Below, one piece after another: positions 1 through 11,500 of a stretch of DNA of 64,000 nt. This DNA comes from Ancylonema sp. (taxonomy: Eukaryota). Both the position numbers and the translations under genes were made by a program. Numbering within the stretch: position 1 is the first letter of the stretch; each line of letters begins with the position of its first letter. The notes below the pieces were generated by a model. It saw only the letters and a program-made list of their open reading frames with translations. It made no database searches and had not been told where the DNA came from. The stretch lies in NCBI GenBank assembly GCA_050230475.1, contig JBFLGF010000091.1:1-64000 (forward strand), read 5' to 3'.

Positions 1-145
1 TTCCCAGCATCTGCTGCGGTTGGCGTCCCAGCCGCGGTTGGGCGGTTGGCCCCCCCTCCCTTGGGCTATCTCCCAAATCTGTGACAGCCATGCCCTGAAA
101 CTTCTCCGAGGGTTCCCCATTACCCCCCCCATACCCCTCCTCAGC

Positions 146-3100
146 CCACCCCGGACTTTTTCCACCCATCTCCTCCTCCGGCAAGAAATCGGCCTCATCG
201 AGCGCCACCCCTCGAGCTATTTCCCCATCCATATCCCACCCCCGTGCCGCCTGCTCCTCCATCTGCTCTAGCAGAGTGAGCAGCGCCAGATTTTGCACCT
301 CCCCTTCCCACTGTAACTCCACCACCCCTTCACTCTCACCCCCCCCCATATCCCCCTCCTCATTCTCCTGCCACTCATATGAAGTGTCACTCTCTGCATC
401 CTCGAACTGACCCTCCTCAGCCTCTGAGCTGTAGAGGTCAGACTGCATCTGAACCTCTCCCAACCACACCCTGTGGATCCTACCCAACGCCATGGCCTAC
501 ATAGGCAGCATTGAGCGCACTGCCCTGCACTCCTCTTATGTCATCCTCCCCTAAGCCGGAAGAACCCCTCTGATCTCCCCCCCCCCCTCAGCTGCTGAGC
601 GATGGTAGTCTACTCTCCATGTGAAAACCTCTATCCAAGAGTCATAAACCCCTCCAATAGGCCCAATAACCTCCATCCCCAGTAACACGTCGTAACACTC
701 AGTGTCCACTATGAAAGCCACTTCATTGTAGGTGGTCTCGTACCGTGTTCGAGCACCCAGGGTGAAACTCAGCTTCCCCTTTGTCATGCGCTGACCCGTT
801 TCCATCTTCCCCGCGGCTCTAACAAATGACACCCCCACTGTCATATGCTCCTCTGTGAGCCCCATACGCCTGGCCATCCGAGAGCTAACCATAGGTTTTG
901 TAGCCCCCGAATCCAGAATCACCATTCCCAATGGGGATATGCCATTCACCACCAACTCCTTGTTCTTCACTGGAAGTGTAGCCACACTCCATGGTCCCTT
1001 CTTCTCTCCCCCTCCTACCCAGCCCGCGTGTAGTGGACCCCCCTCCACCAACGACATCGACCCCCCGTACTGTTCCATGTTTTTCTGCAAGACCTCTGCT
1101 TGTAGCCCATGCAAGTTTCTTTCTAGGGTTTTAAACTTCTCCGCCAGCATGTTGGCCAGCAACTCCCCTTGCGTTCCCAAACCCCTCCCCATGATCTCGA
1201 TCATCTTGGCCTGGTCTATTACCTCCCCCGAATCATCCAGCTTTTTAAGTTCCCGTATCACCTCCAACCTTCCCGTCATGATTGGCAACGTTTTTGCCAG
1301 TTTTCCGTCGAGGTACGTGCTGGCTGCCTCTAGCTCCACCAGCCTTTCCCTCTCTTTGGCATTATACACCACCTCCTGTATCCCCTCCTCCGCCACCTCT
1401 ATCGAAACTGGCTCTCGGCCGTATCTGCCGTACTCCGCCCGCCAGTCATAGGACCCAAATTGAAAATCTGCTGCCTCCTGCAGTGCTCTCCCCGCTGTAG
1501 TGTCCATCCCTGGGGGGTATCACATAGGGACCCTCACAGTACTGCTCTCCCCAATAAACACTGTTGGCGCCCCTGTCACCATTGCTGATGGTGGGGTTGT
1601 CACGTCCGTGACATTCATTCCTGGTCTGATCTGAACTGCCGGCCCTCTATCTGCCCTCTTCGAAGGGTAAAGAATGTCGCGTGGCTGAGTGTTGTGTGCG
1701 AAGATCACCCTCCTAGGTCGCCCCGGGCCCCTCCTCTCTGCCGCCGTTGCTTCCGCCGCACGGACTCCAGCTGCTTGCACTGCCCTCTCTGTTGCCTCCT
1801 CTTGCTCCAAACGCTGCCCCACGTTCTGGATCACCCGCCTCAAATCAGCTGCCCCCGGCGATCTAGATCGTGTCCCTCTTTGAGCTACCCCCGCATTCTG
1901 GGGCCCCAGCCTGCCAGCTAGGCTACTACCCTCTCCTCTCTCCATGCTCCGCAGCCTCTCTAAAGCGCGCACCGGTTCAGCACTCCCTCCTCCCGACCGC
2001 CTTCCCCGCGCGCGTGGTGCCATCATCTGGAATGATGGCCTAACGTGTACCACTGGCACGTCAATAGAAACCCACATCTCCCCTACATAGAATCCCAACT
2101 CGACACCGTTTTCATCACCTTCCTCCTCTACCCCCGTTGCCAGCATCTGGCGTGGGTAACCAGGGCTGAAGAACTCCTCATCTCCCCGCCTCAGCCTGTC
2201 CTCAAACTCCGCAGTCCTCCTCCTTGGTGGCCTTGGTACCGCCATGGCCAACCCCTAACGTGGCCGCTTGGCATCAGGTGCCCCCCCCGGGTTGTAGTTA
2301 TTGGGCCGAAGCTCCGGGTGCTTTGCCCAACACTGCGCCTTAGTGTGAATCTGTTTGTCATAGAAACTGCATCTTGCCCCCTCCGTCATGTGAACCCGCG
2401 GCATGGACATGGCCACCCCCCTCGCCGTCCCAAATCTGGCGGCGAAGGGTGCTTTCAGACCCTTCCCACGTCCCGCTGCCGCGGTCTTGAGCGCCTCCCT
2501 CAGCCTCCCCGCCGTCTCCTCCTGCTTCCCGGTAGGACAGTTGGCAGCGCGGTGCCCCAGCCCGTCACAAGTGAAACACTTGACAAGAGTTTTCCCCCCC
2601 ATCCCTCCTCCTCCGTTCCCACCCCCTCCACTCCCCACCCCTCCTCCTCCTTCTCTCGGTTTCCCCTCCCCCTCCTCCCTTCCCCCTCCCTCCTTTTTCC
2701 CCTCCTACTGACTTGGCAACAGGCCAAACATCCGCAGCTCCGCATCCCGCGACATCTGCGCCCTCTCTTGAGAGGTGGCAATGTCTCTGAAATCTGCCAT
2801 ACTCATCTTGGGAAGTCCTGCTCCATCCCGGCGCTGCTCTTCAGCCCGAAGCTTTGGGCCTACCACCCGCCGCAACCCTCCCGGCAAACAATCCTCATAA
2901 AAACACGGTGCTTGACGCGCGCTGACCATATGTGGAACGAGGTTAACGGTTATCCGGGACAGGTCCTCGTAGATGGAGTTTGCGATAGCTCGTGTTGCTG
3001 GTCTGAAGTTCTGGAACTCCACTAACCATTCCGATCCCGCGGTTGCAAATCGCGTCCTCAACCACAGGAAGAATCCCTCGAGATCGGCCAGCTCTGCTTC

Positions 3101-3466
3101 CAAAGGTACTGCGGAAGGCCCTTGCAGTCTTGAGGTGAGTCGCATCAGCTACCAACTCGCCTTCTGACCATAGTATACGCGCCAAACCACTCTCACTACT
3201 TCCACCACTTGCGCTATTGCCAGTGCTGGGTTGTCAAGGTCATGCGGGTCAATGGACCGGCGGTAGTCATCCAGAACCAATCTTGCCTGCCCCTCTACGT
3301 GGCCAGACATCCGCTCGAGGACCTCAAACTGACCATATTCCCCACTAAGGAATTTCTGAAGATTCCGCTTCTCTGCCTCCCACATATCTTTCATATTCTG
3401 GATAAATTGGCGCTGCGCCACCCCTCCTCCTCCCGAATACTTGGGCACAGCCAAAGTACTTTCCAT
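146..3466 (-). pseudogene. gag-protease polyprotein pseudogene of the Gypsy-like element
   Basis: Single frame with in-frame stops at 3149 (TAG), 2705 (TAG), 2255 (TAG), 1520 (TGA), 551 (TAG), 536 (TAA) and 497 (TAG); no frameshift until about 148. Confidence 0.75.
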
Positions 3467-3816
3467 CTCTCTACTTCCTCCTCTAAACCCGCGAAATGCA
3501 CCAACGAATAAGCCGCAAACACAGGTGTACCGGAGGTACAAATGCCGATGGTTGATATATGACAAGCTGAAAATTCTGCACTTCGGCCTCTCCCTCTGAG
3601 TGTACCGAACCCTGAGAGTCAACTGATCCTGCCCTAGAATCAGATCTATTGCTCGATGATTCACTACCACCACCGCCTCCCCCACTATCCACTCTCCGCA
3701 CCAAACGTCTGTTCTCGTCGCGGGACCAGGCAAACATGGACTGCCTGATTCAGAATGAATCTAAAACTACCACCTTGGGTCGTTCAAATTTAACTACGCG
3801 CTGAAAATATCACCAG

Positions 3817-4604
3817 TGTCAGGTTTTAAGAATTTTTTAAGCGTAGCATTACGTCAGAGTGAACGTACTGGGCAAGATATCTAACGCTGTTTCTGGACGC
3901 GTCGAACGCACTATCGTACGCAACAAATGATCACCGCTACAATATTCAGCATCCGCTCAATGATATCAGCCTTTAACATCGCCATAGTCAAAGCTCAACG
4001 TAATAAAAAAACGACACGTCACCGCTCTTGCCAAAGCTTAGTTGGTATGCACTCTGGCGTAATGCAGCCAGAGTGCTCATGCATCAGAATACATCGTCCG
4101 AAAGTCCAACAAGAGACTTCCGACTCACTAGTACTTTCCGTACGCTAGACTATAATCTACGCCGTACGCATGCGTCCGATCGGATGCATCTAGTCCAAGC
4201 ATATCCTACCCAAAGTCGCAATCGCCAACGATCACAATCAACCAATCACATTCATGCCAGCATGGCACTATATGACCCCACAACCCGGGAGCCTGACGCG
4301 ACCACGTTTCGGTGGAACGTCCCGTGGCCTGACACCCGTTATACTGAACCGCAACCAAAAGTCAAACGGCTAGTAACTATCCCTCGCTACACCGATCGAA
4401 TATCGATCGCTCTATCGAACAATTAATATTCCGACGGGCCCCCCCTGCGGGCTCCCGCCCGCTGCCGCATCGCGAACAAATAAATAACCCAGCCCCCAGC
4501 CGCCTACCGCCCTACCGCAGACCCGCATGCTAGCGGCGTCAACCGGCACCCGGGTCAATACCCGGCCGGGACCGTACGGCACACCGATTGAAATAAGTAT
4601 GACA
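3817..4604 (-). repeat. Probable 5' LTR of the Gypsy-like element
   Basis: On the minus strand it begins TGTCATAC (4604) and ends CCTGACA (3817), followed one base later by TGGTGATATT (PBS-like TGG). Copia RT coding sequence stops at this junction. Confidence 0.65.
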
Positions 4605-5711
4605 TTGATAACCCCAGGTCAAGCCACTTTGAAGCCCCTAGAGCTACCAACTGACGAATGCACTCAAATCGTACAGTAGGAGAGAATGTTTGGTCATAAT
4701 CTACTCCCTCTTCCTGACCGAAACCTTTTGCCACAACCCTGCCTTTATACTTCTCAATGGAGCCATCAACATTCTTTTTGACACGGAACACCCACTTTGA
4801 CTTTATCACTTTTTTTCCAGGTGGCCTGGGAACAAGACGAAACACTTCATTTTCTTTGAGACTGTTTATTTCTGCATCCATTGCCTCCTGCCACTTTTCT
4901 CTCTCTGGACTGCTAAGAGCTTCTGCCACCGTTTTTGGAGATTTCGACTCAGCATCCAATCCAGCAACATAGGCAGCGACAAATTTGTGTGCTAGAATAC
5001 CTTTGTTTTCACGAGTCAAACGTCGAACTTCAGCTTGAGCAGCGTGGACAGTTTTTTTGATTTTCTCCTTGGCAGTTGCAAAGACTGAATTCTCAGGAGT
5101 GGCTTCATCAGGATACCATTCAGGCCCATCCTCCAGCAGATCCTGATCACTTGCATCTCCACTCAAATTGCGTACAAACTTAGGACACATGTCATTCTGA
5201 GGAGGAGGAAGTTCCGGAAGCTGAGGCAAAGGATTACCAACAACATCACGAACTCCGTCATCGACAGAAGGCCAATTTCCTTTGCGAGTAAGCTTTTCTT
5301 CTGCCATAACCAAATCTGGCCACTCCATTTCGATAGCTGCATCCAGTTCACATAATTTTCCTTTCTTCCCAATATTTTGCCCCCTCCACCATCCAGCTCT
5401 AACAGATTCATCGAAATCAGCATGCGCGTGACCAACATTGTGAACTTTGTTCGTGGTCGGACCCCATACTCTGTGACAAGGACTTTATGAGGTCCATCCG
5501 ACAAGCACTCCTATCCAGGCCAGCGCTGCCATCTTGCCTTGTCGATCTCTCTTCTCCATGCGCACATAAAATTTGCACTCATAGGAGCGTAGATGATCTA
5601 CATGAAATGAATACTCCCACCCCTGTGCTCTGGCTTTTTGTTCGCTGAAAAGATTGACTCTCATCCCTAGTATATACAGACAATTCTGCACAGTAATTCC
5701 TCCACATTCAC

Positions 5712-6151
5712 TGTTAGGACCCTCGCTACAGTCACTAGGGCTCCTTAGCGAGGTCCCCACACTTAGCGCTAGAGCGCTACTAGCTCAGTTTCCTCTATAG
5801 CGAGTTCTTTCCCTATAGAGTGGGAGTGGTGTCCCTAGCGGCCGCCTGGCCCCTAGGGAGTATTCTGGTGTGTCCTTAGCTAAGGCAGTTGTGCCGTTAG
5901 CCACACTTGATGTGTCCTTATCATATTGAGTGAGTTATCCCTTGTCGTGGTTCAGACAGCCAGTTCCTATGTCTAGTCGATAGGAATGCCTTTAGAGCAT
6001 TCCTATCAACTCATGTATTTGCCCCTTCCGATTATTATCACCACCATTTCCCATCGGCTCATACCATCTCTCATTCGGCATTTCGCCATCTTTCCGCTTG
6101 GTGCATATTGCAACTTGCTTGCTAGGGCGTCTTTTGCATCCGTCCCTAACA
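5712..6151 (+). mobile_element. Solo LTR (chromovirus family) inserted in the Copia protease region
   Basis: Termini TGTTAGG...CCTAACA; perfect 5-bp TSD TTCAC (5707-5711 and 6152-6156); alignable by eye to the LTR at 55033-55463. Confidence 0.92.
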
Positions 6152-7416
6152 TTCACCCTCCGTTTCAAGCTCAAAAGTTCCCCACTGCTTGACACTCACA
6201 CTGCCAACAAGATGATGCATGCCAATTTCTTGCGGAATGTCGATCAAAGTTTTGAAGTGTGCTCGTTGTCCACTTGAATGATGGCTGGAACCGTCATCCC
6301 ACAGAAATCCTCTCTCCTCATCTCCTTCACCGACACGTCCTTCACAGATTTCACCAACCACCATTTCGCCATGTCCACAATCACCTCCCTCATCAATCTC
6401 GCTCACATGTGCATATTTTCGACCTCTCTACTGATTTTTGCGCTGCATTCGAGGAGCCTGGTTTTTCTTGTCAAAGCAGGTAAATTCAATGTGTCCGATT
6501 GCACCACAATAGTCACAAGTATCGTATTTTCTCGGACAATCTTTGCTGAAATGACCTATACGACCACACGTATAAAAGGAATGACCACTTGCACCTCTCC
6601 CTCCTCCACCACCACGATCAAATCTACCTCCTCGATATACACTGTAATCTCCCCTGCCACCACCTCTGCCACCTCCTCTATCAAAGCCTCCACCTCTGCC
6701 TCGATTCGAAAAAATCTGTTTTGCATTCCACTTTGCATAATTTGCTTTTGCGACAAGTGCTTCAGCATCTCTTTCACCTTGCTCTTTCTGATCGTCCAGT
6801 TCATCAACCCCCATTTGTGCCCAGATCCAACTGATTACTGGTGCCTCTGCTTGACCAAAGTACATTTTTTTGAGCATTCCATACTCGGTTCTTGACATCC
6901 CTGCGAACAGTGCCATCACTTGGTCCTCCTCGTTGACTTTATACTTTTGATGTGCGCAGGATCTGATGATCGATAAAAAGTATTTCTTGATGTCTCGGAC
7001 TGGCAGCTTCTCATTTACTTTGAACGAATTCAGCTGCTACTTAGCGAGCTGCTTCAGCACCGGTGTAACTTTATCAAACTCTTTTTTGAGGCACTTCCAC
7101 ATGGCTGCTGGTTTTCTCTCATACTCCTCAAGAGGTGTGGCTATGTCGTCACTCACAAGCCCCATAAGTAGCATCACAACTTTCTTAGTTCGTTTTCGAA
7201 AACTTCTGATGTCTTCTGTGTACTGATCCATCTCATCCTGGTTTGTGATCCAGTTCTCGTCATCATATGCTCGATAAACTTCCTCTAGTTCTGTTTCTAG
7301 TCCCTTGCAGATCTCAAGACAGTCTGCGTCATCGAGTGTTGCAGATGCCTTAGATCGCCAAGCTTGGAAAGAAACGTTGTCTCCATCTAAAATGCAGTAC
7401 CTTGCTCTGATACCAC

Positions 7417-7821
7417 TGTTGCTGCTATCTTCTGCCATCGATGCAAGAAGTAACAGTCTTCACACTCTTGAAACAAACATTCACAGCTTTACAAACACAC
7501 ACAACAAAAGTGCAAGTTTGATGTATATTGATTGATTGCAGAATTCTGCGTGCAAGCCCTGACTGAGTACAATCGAGTGTGATCCATGCCCCCTCCTAGT
7601 CAAATATCTATACTGATCAGAACTACTAGTCAACACCAATCGTAATCAAGTATTGTGCCAGATCACCTAAACTTATCGACAAACTGCCAGATGGCTAGAA
7701 CTAATCATCGTAATCATATTGACAGGCAAAACGACAAAATCGACAAAACTAAAAACTTCACTTCTGAGCAAAGCCTAAAATCGATATACCGACAAAAGTT
7801 CACAGACCCTAAAAACTAACA
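7417..7821 (-). repeat. 5' LTR of Copia copy 1
   Basis: Minus strand starts TGTTAG (7821) and ends CAACA (7417), one base before the PBS; homologous to ~27687-28103. Confidence 0.75.
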
Positions 7822-8539
7822 CATGTTGGGGAATTCAAAAGGTGTACCTTTTTTTTACACAATGCACAAGCCCAAATGTTAAACAACATATATTTTTCCG
7901 GATTTTTTTCTCCGCTGTTAACCTTTCAAAATCCCGAAAGAAAACTAAAAGTATCATATTAAAGCCGGTGCGACATTTTGGCCTAGACAGATGGACTTTG
8001 GTCTGGAATCGGGACCTCAGAACCCCGCTCTGCTTGTCCGTGCAACTATGCACCAAAAACACCCAATGAAATTGGCGAGAGACGGGTAGGGATTGTTTTA
8101 TATAGAGGGCAATTATATTGTGGCCTATGCCAAAAGTTAAACGTGCAAAAGGTGCGCGGATTGCACGATATCATCCAAAATCATGTAAAGAGATGAAGGA
8201 AAGCGAAAAAGGGCTAGCTACTCCCAATCCCTACCCCCTTCTCGTTCCCAGACCCGCACGAGTCGATTCCTTTTGGGCGGGGTACGGGCCACTGGCCCGT
8301 AGCCCGGGGCCAGATCCCGGGCCGGATCCCGCCCGATGCGTTCCGGGTCGGAGCCGTATCCCGATTTTTTTCGCCCCGGGTGAATCTGTCTCGAAACGCG
8401 CCCCGGACGAAATCTTCCGGAGGGAGCGGACTGAGAGAGCTCTTGACATCCTTTATTTTGTCCTTCATCCTTTGTTTTCAGCATAACGAACAGTCTCAGC
8501 AGAACAATCCGCGCATGCTGCCGGTTGTATAAAAAACTC

Positions 8540-11500
8540 ATGGCGACAGTCCCTCTGGATGCGCTGCTCGTCTCTTGCAGCTTTGTCGCTGCGCGGCCCT
8601 TAAATGCGCTGCACCCTCCGACTTTCGTTGTAACGAATAAGCTCAAGAAGCGGAGCTGGTCAGGTGCGGTCCCGTTACATGATGGCACCGTACGGGCGAT
8701 CCGGTTTAGAAGAGCGCTGCCACGTTGTAACGCACACTATGTTGATGACGAGGACGATGGGAGCTATCTGATTGACGCCCCCGTGTCCGCAGGGGACGGA
8801 TTTTCATTCACAGGAGGTGAGATGACGTCAGATGACGAGTGCGTTTGAATGCCATCAAATGGGACAGCAGCGTTACCGTACCACATTCTGAAACATGGGC
8901 TGCTCACTGCTGGTCCTCCGTACAGTACCACTTCTCATATCGATATCTTATTGTATACCATGCAACCAGAGTATCGTACCAATTCCGAATCCGACAGCAG
9001 CGCAAAATGTGTGGTATCCGTTCTGGTCGTCTTCTCAATCGAGCAGATGCAGTTGTGCCACGTCATCAATAAGGTGTCAATCCACCCATAACAAAACATC
9101 AAATGCGGCCCCCTCATGCATACAAATATGCTTCCCCGAAATCAGTGCGTCGTATCACATTCCCAATCTTACCATCATCACGGCTCCCACCCGACCCCGC
9201 AATGTAAACTCATAACTAATACTCAAGTCGAATGGTCAAATGGTGTGGCAACCAACTTTAAACAAAATACGCATCTAGCGTCGTGTTATTCGTGTGTGTT
9301 TTTTTTTTGGGTTTTTTTCCCCCCTTGTGCATATCTCATCGCTGTCCCGTCACGGTCCTCGCCACTTGCCCGAAAAGTGTTTTACAACAAATACCAGTCA
9401 AAAGATTACAAGCTTCCATGCGACCTTCATAAATGTACCCCTCCATATGTTTATCTTCGTTTCCCCTCCCCCCCCTTCACCCCTTCATCTTCTTCCTCTT
9501 CTTTCCCTTCTTCTTTTTCTTTTCCTTCTCGTTCTCCTTTTCGTGTCTCTTCTCCTTCTTCTCCTTCTCCTATTCCCTTTTCTTTTTTTTTCCCTTCTCC
9601 TTCTTCTTGGCCTGTTTCTTCTCCTCCTCCTTCTCCTTTATGCTTCCTCTCCTTCTTCTTCTCCTTCTTCTTCTTCTTCTCCTTCTTCTTCTTCTTCTTC
9701 TTCTCCTCCTCCTCCTTCTCCGTCTCCTTCTCCTTCTTCTTCTCTACTTCCTCCTCCTCCTCTCCCCCTTCTCCTTCCATTATCCTCTGTAGGGAAATAT
9801 TCCGACGAGGTAGGAGCCGCGGACAAATGGGAGTCCAGTGGCCAATACATCCCCACCTACCCCATCGTTGGTGGGTTAGAAAAGGCACGAGACCCTCTCT
9901 TTGGGCTCGCTATGGGGGAAGCATCGCAAACAGAGGGGGAGTATTTCAAGTATGGTTCGTACCACACCCTGTCCCCACCAATCCTCGTACTTTACCATTC
10001 CATCTATCGCACACTTCTTGTCTCCCACCATCCCAAACGAGCAAGAAGGGATTCATTCCACTCATCCACAATCGGTACACACGAGTTAAGAAAGGGTCTT
10101 TGTCGTTGCCAAAGTAGTCAATAGTATCAAAACTTCATTTCCGGTTGATCCACCTAATAACACTCCCAAAATGGAATCTCACTCCGCTTCTTCTCTCCTA
10201 CATCCACTTCGCCTTCGTTGTCATCCAAATTAAAATAAGTTTCCCCCTCTTCCCCCAAACCCCCAAGAGTGGGATACTTATCCCCAACCCCCCAAAAAGT
10301 ACCGCACACGCACCCGTACTCATTCTATCGCCCCCCCCCCCCCCCATTCCCTCCTCCCCAAAACGCCGTCTAGAACTTTCTACGTAGAAGAGGGCGCTTC
10401 TTCCTCCCCCCCCCTCCTTCTTCTCCACGGCCTCCCCTCGCAAAGCTACTCATATCGGAAAGCCATCCCGCAGTTATCAAAAGATTTCCGGGTAGTGGCT
10501 CCGGATTGGTTGGGTTTTGGGTTCAGCGATAAACCCCAACCCGGGTACGGGTTCGAGTACACCACGAAGGAGTACGCAGCTTCCGTGAAGTTTCTCGTGG
10601 AGGCTTTGGGGTTCGAGGAGAAAATGGTCATTGTGGCGCAGGTGGGTTTTTTTTTTTTTTTTTTTTTTTTTTTTCTTTTTCATATCATTTATTTCAAAAA
10701 ATGTACCTTTGGGGTTTTTTTTTTTTGTAAGCGAGTTTGCTATCTTTTTAGTTTTTATTTTTCTTTGGTACTTTTTTTTTAGGTTTCCATGAATAAAAGT
10801 AGAATAGTCGAAAGAAAAAAAAACAAGTCCTCTCCCGAGTATATGTTTGCCAAGGGGTTGGGGTGACCTATGACCCCCCTTGAATCCTCTATATCCCCCT
10901 TGTTCCCTTTTTTAAGCTTTTTGGTTATTCAAGACAATGTCTGTTTGGGTGTCGTTTCCAATTTCCCCTCTAGTTTCTTGTTACTTTCCCGGTACTTTCC
11001 CGGTACTTTCCTGTTATTATCCCGTTTATTTGTCTAGTTCCCACAAAAAAAAAAAAAAAAAAACTGATTGGTTTCGCTTTCCCCCCAGGGCTACTTTGCG
11101 CCTGCCGTGGTGGAATATTGCGCTGCCCATCACGATAAGGTCAAGAGACTCATTCTACTCAATGCGCCCGTGAGTGACCATGGGGAAACCGTATGTATGG
11201 TTTATACCTCTAGTTACTCATATTTAGTCACGCTTAGTCACATTGAGTCATATTTTAGTGATGAGTAGGGGTATGTGGTGAAATTTAGGGACATGGAGTG
11301 AGATATGCGATATCGAGTGATGTTTAATCGATAATTTTTGAAGGAGCGTGTGCATGTTTCTTCATGATTTTGCATTTCACACTTGCATCGTGGCACATAT
11401 ATTGCGTGTCTAACTGTACGGGCATTGTGCAAGCAACCCAGGAACGCAAGCATTCCGCGATTCGCTTTTAAAGAGAACAGCAAGATCTGCATGATCGTGA

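Larger units (their letters stand above)
1..4604 (-). mobile_element. Decayed Ty3/Gypsy-like LTR retrotransposon (5' LTR, gag, zinc knuckles, aspartic protease); 3' part lies beyond the window start; inserted into a Copia RT
   Basis: ORFs 3149-3733, 2705-3145, 2255-2638, 1520-2251 and 551-1507 are one reading frame broken by stops. Motifs: gag-like PKYSG after ATG 3466, CCHC knuckle CFTCDGLGHRAANC, protease VILDSGAT...YDVLLG. LTR at 3817-4604. Confidence 0.85.
4605..7821 (-). mobile_element. Decayed Ty1/Copia LTR retrotransposon, copy 1 (integrase core deleted, RT interrupted)
   Basis: gag 7438 to ~6430 with two CCHC-type knuckles; protease FLWDDGSSHH; post-integrase SH3-like segment HLRSYECKFYVR; RT N-terminus PKTVAEAL...KWVFRVK...KYKGRVVAKGFGQEEGVDYDQTFSPTVR. 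tRNA-iMet PBS TGGTATCAGAGC at 7415-7404. Confidence 0.92.

Noticed and set aside
1..550. Cytosine methyltransferase cargo, known from some charophyte retrotransposons
   Set aside because: No FxGxG or PC motifs seen in frame downstream of either protease within the window; sequence beyond the left edge cannot be judged.
497..3151. Non-standard genetic code (TAR = Gln) suggested by many in-frame TAG stops
   Set aside because: Reconstructed host exons contain no in-frame TAA/TAG. Such stops occur only in transposons, alongside a TGA.
845..3511. Plus-strand ORFs such as 855-1451 and 2045-3025
   Set aside because: Antisense shadows of the GC-rich minus-strand gag-protease frame.
9116..10124. Long overlapping ORFs of 119-333 aa
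   Set aside because: They arise from the stop-free (TTC/TCC)n tract; only 9793-9949 is a real exon.
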